A DNA stretch of 64,000 nucleotides from Candidatus Eiseniibacteriota bacterium (GCA_963707915.1 OY970178.1:480001-544000); one strand, 5' to 3'. Counted from the stretch's first letter, positions 10,302 through 20,687 are shown. Notes: generated by a model from the letters alone, not told the origin. Made by a program: numbers and translations.

Positions 10302-11971
10302 ATCCGACCGCCGTGTACCGCCCCGTGCGCGCGCCGCGCGGCACCGCGCTGTCCTGCAAGGGCTGGGCGCAGGAGGCCGCGCTGCGCATGCTGATGAACA
10401 ACCTCGACCCCGAGGTCGCCGAACGGCCGGAGGACCTGGTCGTCTACGGCGGTCGCGGCAAGGCGGCCCGGTCCTGGGAGGCCTACGAGCGGATCGTCGC
10501 CACGCTGCGCGCGCTCGAGGGGGACGAGACCCTGCTGGTGCAGTCGGGCAAGCCGGTCGGGGTCTTCCGCACGCACCCCGGCGCCCCGCGGGTGCTCATC
10601 GCCAATTCGCTGCTGGTGCCCCGCTGGGCCACCTGGGAGCACTTCTGGGAGCTCGAGGGCAGGGGCCTGATGATGTACGGGCAGATGACCGCGGGCTCGT
10701 GGATCTACATCGGCTCGCAGGGCATCGTGCAGGGCACCTTCGAGACCTTCGCCGAGTGCGCGGCCCGCCACTTCGGCGGCTCGCTCGCCGGGCGGCTGGT
10801 GCTGACCGCCGGGCTCGGCGGCATGGGCGGCGCCCAGCCGCTGGCGGCCACGATGAACGGCGCGGTCTGCCTGGCCGTCGAGGTGGACGAGGCCCGCGCG
10901 CAGCGCCGCGTGGATGGCGGCTACTGCGACCGGCTGACCCGCGACCACGACGAGGCCGTCGCCTGGTGCCGCGCGGCGCAGGCGGCGGGGCGGCCGCTGA
11001 GCGTCGCCCTCGTCGGCAACGCGGCCGAGACCCACCCGCACCTGGTGAAGCAGGGCCTGCGGGTGGACATCGCCACCGACCAGACCTCGGCGCACGATCC
11101 GCTGAACGGCTACGTCCCGGCGGGGCTCTCGCTCGAGCAGGCCGCCGCGCTGCGCGTGCAGGATCCGGGGGAGTACGTGCGCCGGGCCCGTGCATCGATG
11201 GCGACGCAGGTGCGGGCCCTGATCACCATGAAGCAACTGGGCTCGGTGGTCTTCGACTACGGCAACAACCTGCGCGGCGAGGCCGAGCAGGGGGGGCTGC
11301 CGCACGAGCAGGCGTTCTCCTATCCGGGCTTCGTCCCGGAGTACATCCGGCCGCTGTTCTGCACCGGCAAGGGACCGTTCCGCTGGGCCGCGCTCTCGGG
11401 CGACCCGGAGGACATCTTCGCCACCGATCGTGCCGCGCTCGAGGAGTTCCCGGACGACGAACGGCTGCACCGCTGGATCCCGCTGGCCCGGAAGCACGTG
11501 CGCTTCCAGGGACTGCCGGCCCGCATCTGCTGGCTGGGCTACGGCGAGCGCGCGCGGCTCGGCCTGCGCTTCAACCGCATGGTGCGCGAGGGCGCGCTGA
11601 AGGCGCCGATCGTGATCGGGCGCGACCACCTCGACGCCGGCTCGGTCGCGTCGCCGTGGCGCGAGACCGAGGGGATGCGTGACGGCAGCGACGCGGTGGC
11701 CGACTGGCCCATCCTCAACGCGCTCCTCAACACGGCCTCGGGCGCCTCGTGGGTGAGCGTCCACCACGGTGGGGGAGTGGGGATCGGCAACTCCATCCAC
11801 GCGGGCGTGGTCATCGTCTGCGACGGCAGCGCCGACACGGACGCGAAGCTCGAGCGCGTGCTCACGAACGATCCGGGCACCGGGGTCATGCGCCACGCCG
11901 ACGCCGGCTACCCGAGCGCGATCGAGCACGCGCGCCGGACCGGGATGAAGCTGCCGGGCGTGACGTCGTGA
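10298..11971 (+). CDS. hutU: Urocanate hydratase
   Basis: [64 protein letters not shown]. Confidence 0.97.
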   Translation: MNPTAVYRPVRAPRGTALSCKGWAQEAALRMLMNNLDPEVAERPEDLVVYGGRGKAARSWEAYERIVATLRALEGDETLLVQSGKPVGVFRTHPGAPRVLIANSLLVPRWATWEHFWELEGRGLMMYGQMTAGSWIYIGSQGIVQGTFETFAECAARHFGGSLAGRLVLTAGLGGMGGAQPLAATMNGAVCLAVEVDEARAQRRVDGGYCDRLTRDHDEAVAWCRAAQAAGRPLSVALVGNAAETHPHLVKQGLRVDIATDQTSAHDPLNGYVPAGLSLEQAAALRVQDPGEYVRRARASMATQVRALITMKQLGSVVFDYGNNLRGEAEQGGLPHEQAFSYPGFVPEYIRPLFCTGKGPFRWAALSGDPEDIFATDRAALEEFPDDERLHRWIPLARKHVRFQGLPARICWLGYGERARLGLRFNRMVREGALKAPIVIGRDHLDAGSVASPWRETEGMRDGSDAVADWPILNALLNTASGASWVSVHHGGGVGIGNSIHAGVVIVCDGSADTDAKLERVLTNDPGTGVMRHADAGYPSAIEHARRTGMKLPGVTS

Positions 11972-13275
11972 GCGGTTCGATGGGCCCCGGGCCCTCGCGG
12001 GATCCGTCGGCACGGGCGGTGGCCGGGCGCACGTCCTATCTGATCCTGCACAACACCTCGGAGGTGGTGACGCCCGACCCCGGGGGCCGCGCGGTGCTGC
12101 GCTACCCGCGCGGGGCGATCGTCTTCCGGGAAGGCCGCGTGCTGGAGGTCGGGCCGGGCCCGGAGTTGACCCGGCGTCACCCCGAGGCCCGCCCGCTCAA
12201 TGCCCATGGCAAGCTGGTCACCCCCGGGCTGGTGGACTGCCACACGCACATGATCTTCGCCGGGCACCGGGCCGCCGAGTTCCAGCGCCGGCTCCGCGGC
12301 GAGGCCTACGCCGCCATCGCCGCGGCGGGCGGCGGCATCCGCTCGACCGTCACCGCGACCGCCGCGGAGCGCGACGACGCGCTCGAGAAGTCGCTCGCCA
12401 ACCGGCTCGAGCGCTGGCGCGCCAATGGCTGCACGACGGTCGAGGTCAAGAGCGGCTACGGCCTCACGCCCTCGGGGGAGACCCGGCTGCTGGAGCTGAT
12501 GCGGGGCGCTGCCCAGCGCGTGCCGGCGTGGCTGCACCGCACGGCGCTGCTGCTGCACGCCCTGCCGCCCGAGTTCCGGGAGCGCCGCGCCGAGTATCTC
12601 GCCGCCATGGTCGATCGCGTGCTGCCGGACCTCGGCGTGCGCCAGCTGGCGAGCGCCGTGGACGTGTATTGCGACCCGGTGGCCTTCACGGTCGAGGAGT
12701 GCCGCGCGGTGCTGCTGCGCGCGAAGGAGCTGGGGCTGGACGTCAAGCTGCACGCCGACCAGCTCGAGCGCAGCGGCGGCGCGCGCCTCGCCGCGGAGCT
12801 GGGCGCGTGTTCGGCGGACCACCTCGAGTGCTCGACCGAGGAGGACTGGGGCGCGCTGGCGGAGGCCGGGGTGGTCGGCGTGCTCCTGCCGGGCGCGGCG
12901 CTGACCCTGCGGCAGTCGCTGCCCGAAGCCGGGATGCTGCGCCGCAGCGGCGCGCGCTGGGCGATCGCGTCCGACTTCAATCCCGGGACCTCGCCGGCGC
13001 AGTCCCTGCTCGAGTGCGCGGCGCTGGCCGCCCGGCTGTGCGGCTTCGATGCCGAGGAGACGCTGCTGAGCATCACTTGGAACGCGGCACGCGCGTTGCG
13101 GGTCGAGGCCGAGGTGGGGCACCTGAACCCCGGCGCCTGGGGCGACGCCGTGGTCTGGGAATGCGAGTCGCTCGAGGAGTTGCCCTACTGGCTTCCGGCC
13201 GTGCGGCCCGACATCGTCTTCATGCGGGGCGCCGACCTGGCGCTGCCGAGCGTCGAACGGCGGGTCTGGCCGTGA
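11968..13275 (+). CDS. hutI: Imidazolonepropionase
   Basis: GTG start overlaps the hutU stop. [45 protein letters not shown]. Confidence 0.93.
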   Translation: MSGSMGPGPSRDPSARAVAGRTSYLILHNTSEVVTPDPGGRAVLRYPRGAIVFREGRVLEVGPGPELTRRHPEARPLNAHGKLVTPGLVDCHTHMIFAGHRAAEFQRRLRGEAYAAIAAAGGGIRSTVTATAAERDDALEKSLANRLERWRANGCTTVEVKSGYGLTPSGETRLLELMRGAAQRVPAWLHRTALLLHALPPEFRERRAEYLAAMVDRVLPDLGVRQLASAVDVYCDPVAFTVEECRAVLLRAKELGLDVKLHADQLERSGGARLAAELGACSADHLECSTEEDWGALAEAGVVGVLLPGAALTLRQSLPEAGMLRRSGARWAIASDFNPGTSPAQSLLECAALAARLCGFDAEETLLSITWNAARALRVEAEVGHLNPGAWGDAVVWECESLEELPYWLPAVRPDIVFMRGADLALPSVERRVWP

Positions 13276-13772
13276 TGGCGCCGCGCCGGGATGTCCGGCT
13301 GCTGCGTTGGGCAAGCCCGCGCGGCCTGCGACGTGTCCGGTTGACACGCCTCGGCCGCGCGGGCTTGCCCGCCTTGCATCCGGGCATCCGGGCGCGGCTC
13401 GGGGGTCTGGCACTGCTGGTGCTGGTCCTCGGTCCCCCAGCGCTGGCCGCCCCGGCCGACACGACCGGCATGATCGTGGGCTGGGCGCGCGACTCGGTGA
13501 GTGGCCGTGCGCTGCCGTATGCCAGCGTGGTGGTGCAGGGCACGCACCTCGGCGCCACCGCGGACACGAGCGGCTGGTTCCGGCTGGCCGGGGTGCCGGC
13601 CGGCGAGCGCGTGGTGCAGGCCCTGGCGCTCGGCTTCCGGCGTGGCGAGGCGCGCGTGAGGGTGCGCGCCGGGTGCGCCGACACCGTGCGGCTTCGTCTT
13701 CACGCAGTGCCCATCCACACGCAGCGGCCGGACCCGATCCGGAATCTTCTTCGAACCCCCGGGAACCACTGA
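13275..13772 (+). CDS. Small exported protein with a stand-alone carboxypeptidase-regulatory-like domain
   Basis: ATG overlaps the hutI stop. Hydrophobic signal, then G.I.G...D..SG..LPYASVVVQGT..GA.AD..G.F.L..VP.G pattern. Confidence 0.65.
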   Translation: MAPRRDVRLLRWASPRGLRRVRLTRLGRAGLPALHPGIRARLGGLALLVLVLGPPALAAPADTTGMIVGWARDSVSGRALPYASVVVQGTHLGATADTSGWFRLAGVPAGERVVQALALGFRRGEARVRVRAGCADTVRLRLHAVPIHTQRPDPIRNLLRTPGNH

Positions 13773-13789
13773 CGGAGAACCCAACGTCC

Positions 13790-15322
13790 ATGTCCAAGCT
13801 CGTCGAATGCGTCCCGAACTTCTCGGAAGGCCGCCGCCGCGAGGTGGTGGAGGAGATCATGCAGGCCATCGCTTCCGTCCCCGGCGTCACGCTGCTCGAC
13901 AGCGAGATGGACGCGGACCACAACCGCTCGGTGCTCACCTTCGCGGGCGAGCCGGAGCCGGTGATGGAGGCGGCGTTCCGCGCGGTGAAGCGCGGCAGCG
14001 AACGGATCGACCTGAACCAGCACCGTGGCGAGCACCCGCGCATGGGCGCGGCCGACGTGGTGCCGTTCGTGCCGGTCGAGGGGCTGACGCTCGAGGACTG
14101 CGCGGAGCTGGCGCGCCAGACCGGCCGGCGCATCGGCGAGGAGCTGGGGATCCCGGTGTTCCTCTACGAGGCGGCCGCCTCCCGCCCGGACCGGGTGATC
14201 CTCGCCGACGTGCGGCGCGGCGAGTTCGAGGGGCTGCGCGAGCTGATCGGGAAGGACCCGAAGAAGAAGCCCGACTTCGGTCCCGAGCGCATCCACGCGA
14301 CTGCGGGGGCGACCGCGGTGGGGGCCCGGCGCTTCCTCGTGGCCTTCAATGCGAACCTGAACACGCCGGACCTGCGGGTGGCGAAGGCCATCGCCGCCTC
14401 GATCCGCGAGCAGAGCGGCGGCCTCAAGAACGTGCGGGCGCTCGGCTTCTCGATCGAGGGCGGGCGGCGGGCCCAGGTGAGCATGAACCTGGTGAACACC
14501 GAGGCCACTCCCATCCACCGGGTGCTCGCCCTGGTGCGCGCCGAGGCGGCGCGGCACGGCGCGGCCGTCCAGGGCTGCGAAGTCGTGGGGCTGGTCCCCG
14601 AGTACGCGATGCTCGACGCCGCCGAGCACTACCTGCAGCTCGAGAACTTCCGCCGTGACCAGGTGCTGGAGTTGCGCCTCAAGACGCCGCCGCTCACCGA
14701 GGCGGTCTCGGTGGCGTCGTTCTTCGACTCGGTCGCCTCGCCGACCCCGACGCCCGGGGGCGGCACGGTCGCGGCCTTCGTCGGGGCGCTGGCCGCGACC
14801 CTGCCGACCATGGTGGCCGGCCTGACGCTGGGCAAGAAGAAGTACGCCGCGCACGAGGAGGCGATGAAGGAGGTGCGCCGCAACGCGGCGACGCTGCGCG
14901 GGCGGCTGCTGGGGCTGGCGCGCCGGGACAGCGAGGCCTTCGAGGCGGTGCTGCGGGCGCGGAAGCTGCCGCAGGCCAGCCCCGCCGAGGCCGAGGCGCG
15001 GGAGAAGGCCATGGCGGCCGCGGACTTGGCGGCGATGCGCGTGCCGCTCGAGACCGCGCAGGCGTGCCTCGAGGTGCTCGAGCTGGCCGCCGAGGTCGCG
15101 GAGAAGGGCAACATCAATGCCGCGAGCGACTCCGGGGTGGCCGGGCTGCTGGCGAACGCCGCGTCGGAAGGGGCGCTGCTGAACGTGGAAATCAACCTGA
15201 AGTCCGCCGGGCCATCCGCCGATAAGACCGACATCGAGATGAGCCTGCAACGCATCCGGACAGCGCTCGGCCCAATGGCGCGGCGCTGCCAGGATGCCGT
15301 GCATGCCGCCTTGAACGCTTGA
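13790..15322 (+). CDS. ftcd: Bifunctional glutamate formimidoyltransferase / formiminotetrahydrofolate cyclodeaminase
   Basis: LVECVPNFSEGR, DADHNRSV, HRGEHPRMGAADVVPF; C-terminal cyclodeaminase PTPGGG, GNINAASD, LNVEINL. GGAG RBS before ATG 13790. Confidence 0.93.
   Translation: MSKLVECVPNFSEGRRREVVEEIMQAIASVPGVTLLDSEMDADHNRSVLTFAGEPEPVMEAAFRAVKRGSERIDLNQHRGEHPRMGAADVVPFVPVEGLTLEDCAELARQTGRRIGEELGIPVFLYEAAASRPDRVILADVRRGEFEGLRELIGKDPKKKPDFGPERIHATAGATAVGARRFLVAFNANLNTPDLRVAKAIAASIREQSGGLKNVRALGFSIEGGRRAQVSMNLVNTEATPIHRVLALVRAEAARHGAAVQGCEVVGLVPEYAMLDAAEHYLQLENFRRDQVLELRLKTPPLTEAVSVASFFDSVASPTPTPGGGTVAAFVGALAATLPTMVAGLTLGKKKYAAHEEAMKEVRRNAATLRGRLLGLARRDSEAFEAVLRARKLPQASPAEAEAREKAMAAADLAAMRVPLETAQACLEVLELAAEVAEKGNINAASDSGVAGLLANAASEGALLNVEINLKSAGPSADKTDIEMSLQRIRTALGPMARRCQDAVHAALNA
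15198..15225 (+). promoter_or_regulatory. Sigma-28 (FliA/WhiG)-type promoter inside the ftcd 3' end, upstream of the TPR gene
   Basis: TGAAG-N15-GCCGATAA; same spacing as the sites at 21198 and 32735. Confidence 0.65.
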
Positions 15323-15397
15323 CAGGGACTGCGTCATGGCGGGAGGGCCGCCGCATCCGGGTCCGGCGCGGTGGCGTGCTCCGCGGAGAGAGCCAGC

Positions 15398-17296
15398 TTG
15401 GAAAAGGCGATTGACATCAAGCGACGGGCCCAGCGCTGTCTCCAGAGCGGTGATCTGGACGGCGCCCTGAGCGAGTACGACAAGCTCACCCGCGCAGAAG
15501 ACTCCGAGCCCATCAACCTGGTCGTCATGGCGGACCTCCTCTACAAGAAGGAGGACCTGGCCGAGGCGTCACGGCGCTACCTGCAGGCGGTTGAAGCCTA
15601 CAAGGGGGCGGGGCTCTACAAGAACGCCATCGCGGTCTGCAAGAAGATGGCGCGGCTGTCGCTCTCGCTCGCCGCGGTGCTCCAGCATCTCGCCGAGCTC
15701 CACGCGCTGGACGGCCTGAGCACCGAGGCGGCGCTCTATTACCAGGAGTACGCCGAACACCTGGCCCACGAGCAGAACTTCCGCGGCGCCGCCGCCAGCC
15801 TGCGCAAGGCCTTCGACGCCTCGCCCGAGAACCCGCGGCTGCTGGAGAAGGCGGCCGACTGGCAGCAGCAGGCGGGGGATGTGACCGGGGCGGCGGCATC
15901 GCTGATGGAGGCGTCCCGGCAGTACGCCCGCCGGGCGCAGACCGAGGACGCCACCCGGGCGCGGACGCGGGCGGATGAGCTGGCGCCCGGCGCCGGCACG
16001 GCGCGCCCGGCCCCGGTGAGCGCGGAGACGGCCTCGGCCGCGCCCGCGGCGGCGGATCCCGTGGTGGTCGAGCCCGTGGTGGTCGAGCCCCGCGCTGCCG
16101 AGGCCGGCGCCCCGGCACCGGAGCCGGCTCCGGCCCCGGCCGCGAGTGCCCCCGAGCCGGCCGCGCCCGATGCCGGGGACGCGCCCGCCGGGGAGATCGT
16201 CGACGGCCTCGAGCACCAGCGGACGTTCGTCTCCCCGCTGCGCGGCGAGCCGCAGCCCGAGGCGGAGGCCTCGGAGGCGACGCCTCCGTCGCCCCCCGAA
16301 CGGCACTTCGGCTCACCGCAGGAGTCGGCGGCCGATCCCGGGGACGACTCGACCCCCGCGACCAGCGCGATCTCCGCGATGCCGGAGATGTCGGAGATCG
16401 AGGACCTGCTGAGCCTGGCGGCCGAGCGGTTCAAGCAGGGGGAGCAGGACCTGGCAGCCGACGCGCTGGTGGAGGCGGCACGGGCCTACGAGGCGCTCGA
16501 GCGCCTGGAGAGCGCGGCCGCGATCTACCGCAGCCTGGGACGCAGCACGCATTGCACGCCCGAAGTCCTGGCCCTCTGGCTCCGGAACTGCGAGCTGCGC
16601 GAAGAGCCCCGCGAAGCGGCGGAGGTCGCCTGCGGGCTCGGCGACCGTGCCCTGAACGACGGCGACCTGGACGGCGCGCGCGCCTGGTTCGAGCGTGCCC
16701 TGAAGCACGTCCCGCACCACGAACTGGCGACCCGCCGGATGCAGCGGATGGGGCCGGGCGCGCCGGTGGCTGCGCCGGTCGAGGAGCAGGGCGCGCCGGG
16801 AGGGGCGAAGGGCCCGAACGGCCGGGTCGAGGTCACCCTGGGCCGCGCGCAGGCCGTCACGCTCGACCTCGGTTCGCTGATCGCGGAGTTCCGCACCGGC
16901 ATCGAGTCGCAGATTTCGGGCGACGCCCAGAGCCACTATGATCTCGGCATGACCTACCGGGAGATGGGACTGTTCGACCAGGCCGTCGAGTGTTTCCGCA
17001 CCGCGGCGCGCGACCCCAGGTTCGCCTCGCGCGCGGCCGAGATGGTCGGCCGCTGCCTGCTGGACGAAGGGCGATTCGACGAGGCGGTCGAGGAGTTCAC
17101 GCGCGCGCTGAAGGGCCTCGAGGACGCGTCCGAGGCGGGTATCTGCCTGCGCTTCCAGCTCGGTCTGGCCCACGAAGTCGCCGGCCACGCGCCCGACGCG
17201 CTGGCCGAGTTCGAGCGCGTCTACGCCGTCCAGCCGAACTACCCGGATGTGGCCCAGAAGATCGGGGTGCTCCGCAGGGCCCTGGAGCGGGTGTGA
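15398..17296 (+). CDS. TPR protein, SgmX-like architecture (N-terminal TPRs, Pro/Ala linker, C-terminal TPRs)
   Basis: TTG start after GGAGAG. NAIAVCKKMARL and DAQSHYDLGMTYREMGLFDQAVECF TPR motifs. Confidence 0.75.
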   Translation: MEKAIDIKRRAQRCLQSGDLDGALSEYDKLTRAEDSEPINLVVMADLLYKKEDLAEASRRYLQAVEAYKGAGLYKNAIAVCKKMARLSLSLAAVLQHLAELHALDGLSTEAALYYQEYAEHLAHEQNFRGAAASLRKAFDASPENPRLLEKAADWQQQAGDVTGAAASLMEASRQYARRAQTEDATRARTRADELAPGAGTARPAPVSAETASAAPAAADPVVVEPVVVEPRAAEAGAPAPEPAPAPAASAPEPAAPDAGDAPAGEIVDGLEHQRTFVSPLRGEPQPEAEASEATPPSPPERHFGSPQESAADPGDDSTPATSAISAMPEMSEIEDLLSLAAERFKQGEQDLAADALVEAARAYEALERLESAAAIYRSLGRSTHCTPEVLALWLRNCELREEPREAAEVACGLGDRALNDGDLDGARAWFERALKHVPHHELATRRMQRMGPGAPVAAPVEEQGAPGGAKGPNGRVEVTLGRAQAVTLDLGSLIAEFRTGIESQISGDAQSHYDLGMTYREMGLFDQAVECFRTAARDPRFASRAAEMVGRCLLDEGRFDEAVEEFTRALKGLEDASEAGICLRFQLGLAHEVAGHAPDALAEFERVYAVQPNYPDVAQKIGVLRRALERV

Positions 17297-18141
17297 TGCA
17301 TCGGCCGCCTGCCCCGGGAGGCGGTCGCCGGGTCGATCTCCACGTGCACACCCTCTTCAGCGACGGCGTGCTCACGCCCGAGGCGGTCGTGGCGCACGCC
17401 CTCGAGCGCTCGCTGGCCGCGCTCGCCATCACCGACCACGACTCGATCGAGGGCGTGGAGCGCGCGCGGATCGCGGCCGGGACGGCCCTCGAGCTGGTGC
17501 CGGGGATCGAGGTCTCCTCCACGCTGGACGGCGCCGACCTGCACATCCTCGGCTACTACCTCGACCCGGAGGATGCCGGATTGACGGACTCGCTGGCGCG
17601 CTTTCGCGACGAGCGGTTGCGCCGCGCCCAGTCGATGGTCGATCGCCTGCGCGCCCTGGGCGCCCCGGTGGACTTCGAGGAAGTGCTCGAGCTGGCGGGG
17701 CCGGGCGTGGTGGGGAGACCGCACGTGGCCGAAGCGCTGGTGCGCGCCGGGCACGTCGAGACGGTGGACGAGGCCTTCCGGCGATTCATCGGGGCGCACG
17801 GCGAGGCCTTCGTGCAGCGGCCGGCCTTCCATCCCGAGCACGCCATCGCCCTGATCCACGCGGCCGGCGGGGTGAGCGTGCTGGCCCATCCCGGTCCCTC
17901 GCTGCCCGACCTGGTGGTGGAGCAACTCGCCGACGCCGGGCTGCGTGGCATCGAGGTCTGGCATCCCCAGCACGGCGCAGCCGCGGTGCGACGCTTCCAC
18001 GCCCTGGCGCGGCGTCTCGGTCTGCTGGAGACCGGCGGTTCCGATTACCACGGCTGGCCGCGCGGCGCCGCGCTGGGCGAACTGCCGGTCCCCGCGAGCG
18101 TACTGGGCCCCCTCAAACAAGCCGCCGGCGTCCCCGGCTGA
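17296..18141 (+). CDS. PHP-domain metal-dependent phosphoesterase (YciV/TrpH-like)
   Basis: DLHVHTLFSDG, AITDHD, GIEVS, HILGY, GRPHVA, LAHP, TGGSDYHG. Confidence 0.9.
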   Translation: MHRPPAPGGGRRVDLHVHTLFSDGVLTPEAVVAHALERSLAALAITDHDSIEGVERARIAAGTALELVPGIEVSSTLDGADLHILGYYLDPEDAGLTDSLARFRDERLRRAQSMVDRLRALGAPVDFEEVLELAGPGVVGRPHVAEALVRAGHVETVDEAFRRFIGAHGEAFVQRPAFHPEHAIALIHAAGGVSVLAHPGPSLPDLVVEQLADAGLRGIEVWHPQHGAAAVRRFHALARRLGLLETGGSDYHGWPRGAALGELPVPASVLGPLKQAAGVPG

Positions 18142-18284
18142 TCCTCGCCGGAGCGAGCGCGGCGATCGGGCGGGGCCGGCCGGCGCGGGAGACGCTCCCG
18201 GCCGGCATGGCGAACGCGCGAGGCGGGGCGGAAGCGGGCGGCCGGCGGGCCGCGCCCGCCTCGAACGTCGCCACCCCGGTTCCG

Positions 18285-18314
18285 TTGACTTGCGCGCACC
18301 GGTGACCCTAATCT
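18285..18314 (+). promoter_or_regulatory. Sigma-70-type promoter of the ECF S-component gene
   Basis: TTGACT-N18-TAATCT, 12 nt before ATG 18327. Confidence 0.55.
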
Positions 18315-18326
18315 GCGCGGGCCCTC

Positions 18327-18899
18327 ATGGATGACCTCCCGCCCCCTGTGGAGCCCGCGATCGAGCGCCCGCCGCTCACGTCCCGCCGCCTTGCGTACAT
18401 GGCGCTGCTCGTCGCTGTCTGCCTCGCCGGGGCCTACGCGCCGCGCCCCCCCGACTTCGAGGTGCAGACCCTCGGGATCTTCGGCGCCGGCGTGCTGCTC
18501 GGCGCCCGCGACGGCGCCCTCGTCGGGGGGCTCACGATGCTGGTGTACTCGTTGCTGAACCCGTACGGTCCCGCCCATCCGCTGGTGACCGTGGCCCAGT
18601 TGCTCGGGCAGGTCCCGGCCGGCATCGTCGGCGGCGGCTTCGCGGCGCTCGGTCTGCACGGGCGCCCCGTGGCCGTGCGCGGCGTCGCGCTCGCCGCCGC
18701 GGCCCTCGCGCTCACCCTGTGGTTCGATCTCGTGACCAACGTGGCGACCGGCCTGGTCTTCGGCCAGATGCGGGTCGTCCTCCTGCAAGGGATCCCATTC
18801 GCGCTATGGCACACCGGCTCCAACCTGCTGCTCTTCGTGCTGCTCGGGACGCCGCTCGTCGCGGTGTTCGGGCGCTATCGGGCGCGGCTCTCCTCCTGA
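18327..18899 (+). CDS. ECF transporter S-component-like membrane protein
   Basis: 190 aa with about 6 hydrophobic segments. RRLAYMALLVAV and PDFEV...GAGVLLGARDGALVGG pattern. Confidence 0.7.
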   Translation: MDDLPPPVEPAIERPPLTSRRLAYMALLVAVCLAGAYAPRPPDFEVQTLGIFGAGVLLGARDGALVGGLTMLVYSLLNPYGPAHPLVTVAQLLGQVPAGIVGGGFAALGLHGRPVAVRGVALAAAALALTLWFDLVTNVATGLVFGQMRVVLLQGIPFALWHTGSNLLLFVLLGTPLVAVFGRYRARLSS

Positions 18900-20611
18900 C
18901 GCTGGCCGCGCCCGCCGCGCGCGCGCAGGCCCCGGACGCCGGCGCCGCGGCGCTGGCGGGACTCGGCCTGTGGGACGCCGCTTCGTGGTGGGGGCAGCCC
19001 GGGCGTGCCGGTTGGCAGCCCGGGGCGTGGTACGGGATGGCTCCTCCGGCCGCGCTGGCCGGCCTGGTCGTCGGCAGCTGGCGGCTGGACGAGCCCGGCC
19101 GCGCACCCGCCGCCATGCCCTGGCCGGGCGTGTGCCAGGCCCGCTCCCCGCTCGCCTGGTACGACTCCCTCGAGGTGCGCGGGGCGGATGAGGCCACGCT
19201 CGCCGGACTCGGCGGGACGCTCGCCGAACTGCGCGCCCGGCCCTTCGCCGTCGAGCGGCGGGCCCACTCCACCTTCGCGCTCGCCAACGGCGCGGGAGGC
19301 GTCGACGAGAACGCGCTGACCCTCGCCCGGGGAGACTCGCTGCGGGACTTCGCAGTGGACGTGGCGAGCGGCAAGAGCGGCGCGGTCGCGGGGCAGATGC
19401 TCACCAACCGGCACCTGTGGGGGGCGCACGCGAACGTGGCGCGGGGCCGCCACCGATTCTCGGCGGAATACTCCCAGCGCGGTGCGGCGACGCAGCTCGG
19501 GAGCATGGAGGGGCAGTCGGCGTCGGGCCGGAGCGCGGCGGCCCGGTGGCGCTGGCAGCGTGGCGGGGCGGCCTGGACGGCCGCGGTCTCGCAGGGGATG
19601 GACGAGCACGAGAGTTCCGGCGGGCGGCTCGACTACTCCAGCCGGGCCGCGCGGGAGACCCGCGTGGGCGCCGGCTTCGAACAGGTGCGCGACGGACGCG
19701 AAGCCGGAGCGCGGATCGAATGGAGCGATGCCTCGGTCAGCCGGTCGGGGGGCGGGGCGTTCTCGCGCGAGCGCCGCGACCTGTGGGGCTCGGTCCGCGC
19801 GCAGCTGCCCGCGGCGGGCGGACGCCTGGATCTCTCCGTGGGCGCGGGCCGGCTCGGGGGAGTGGAGCGTTTCGACGTGGCGCCCAGCGCCGCGTTCCGG
19901 GTGCGCGCGCGCGGGGCCGACGCGTCGCTGGGGATCGAGCGCACGCTCGCGCCGGTGTGGGCGGACCTTGCCGCGGGGACCGACCCGTTCCTGCAGCACG
20001 CCTGGATCGGCACGATCCGGCTGGCGCGCGCCCAGCCCGCGACCTGGCGCCCGCGCGCCTCGCTGCGGGCGGGGCGGGTGTACTCGCGCGCGTTGCTCGA
20101 GCGGCTGCCGTTCGAGGAGCTGTGGCTGCGCCGCGGGCTGCGCGCCGAGCCCGGTACCTACGACCTCGCGCTCGCCGAGGGTGGAGTCGAGTGGGCGGGG
20201 CGGCACGCCGGCGCGGGGCTCGAGGGCTTCGGTCTCGCCCACCGCAGCACCGTCACGCCGGCGGGCGTCGCGCGCGCCCCGCGGTCGGACCCGGATGCCG
20301 GCTTCCGGGCCTGGCTGGACGGGCACGTCACGCTGCTCGGCGGCGACCTGCGCCTGGGACTGCGGGGCGAGGCGGCCGGAGTGGGGTCGCGCGAGGCGCA
20401 GGCCGAGCCGCTGCGGCGCCTGCCCGGGTTCGTGACCTTCGCGCTGGTCGGCCAGGTCACGCTGCTGGAAGACGCGCTCATCGTCGTCCGCGCGACCAAC
20501 CTGGAGGACCGCGTGCGCGAGCAGCCGTGGACCGACTCGGCGACCGGACTGCCGGCGTTGACCGAGCGGCGCAGCGTGGTGCTGAGCTTCGTGTGGAGGC
20601 TGTTCGACTGA
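18806..20611 (+). CDS. Putative outer-membrane beta-barrel receptor/porin (divergent)
   Basis: Signal peptide ending AARA-Q; barrel-like strands; C-terminal NLEDR...SVVLSFVWRLFD resembles TonB-receptor/porin ends. The start is uncertain and overlaps the upstream gene. Confidence 0.55.
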   Translation: MAHRLQPAALRAARDAARRGVRALSGAALLLTLAAPAARAQAPDAGAAALAGLGLWDAASWWGQPGRAGWQPGAWYGMAPPAALAGLVVGSWRLDEPGRAPAAMPWPGVCQARSPLAWYDSLEVRGADEATLAGLGGTLAELRARPFAVERRAHSTFALANGAGGVDENALTLARGDSLRDFAVDVASGKSGAVAGQMLTNRHLWGAHANVARGRHRFSAEYSQRGAATQLGSMEGQSASGRSAAARWRWQRGGAAWTAAVSQGMDEHESSGGRLDYSSRAARETRVGAGFEQVRDGREAGARIEWSDASVSRSGGGAFSRERRDLWGSVRAQLPAAGGRLDLSVGAGRLGGVERFDVAPSAAFRVRARGADASLGIERTLAPVWADLAAGTDPFLQHAWIGTIRLARAQPATWRPRASLRAGRVYSRALLERLPFEELWLRRGLRAEPGTYDLALAEGGVEWAGRHAGAGLEGFGLAHRSTVTPAGVARAPRSDPDAGFRAWLDGHVTLLGGDLRLGLRGEAAGVGSREAQAEPLRRLPGFVTFALVGQVTLLEDALIVVRATNLEDRVREQPWTDSATGLPALTERRSVVLSFVWRLFD

Positions 20612-20687
20612 CCCCGGCTCCCGCGAGCGGGCCGGGCCGCCGAAGGCCCCGCCCGTCGCGGGAACGGCGCGCCCCCGCGGAGACCGG

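Noticed and set aside
18142..18326. Cobalamin or other vitamin riboswitch before the S-component gene
   Set aside because: No recognisable consensus, and the promoter lies only 12 nt from the ATG, leaving no room for one.
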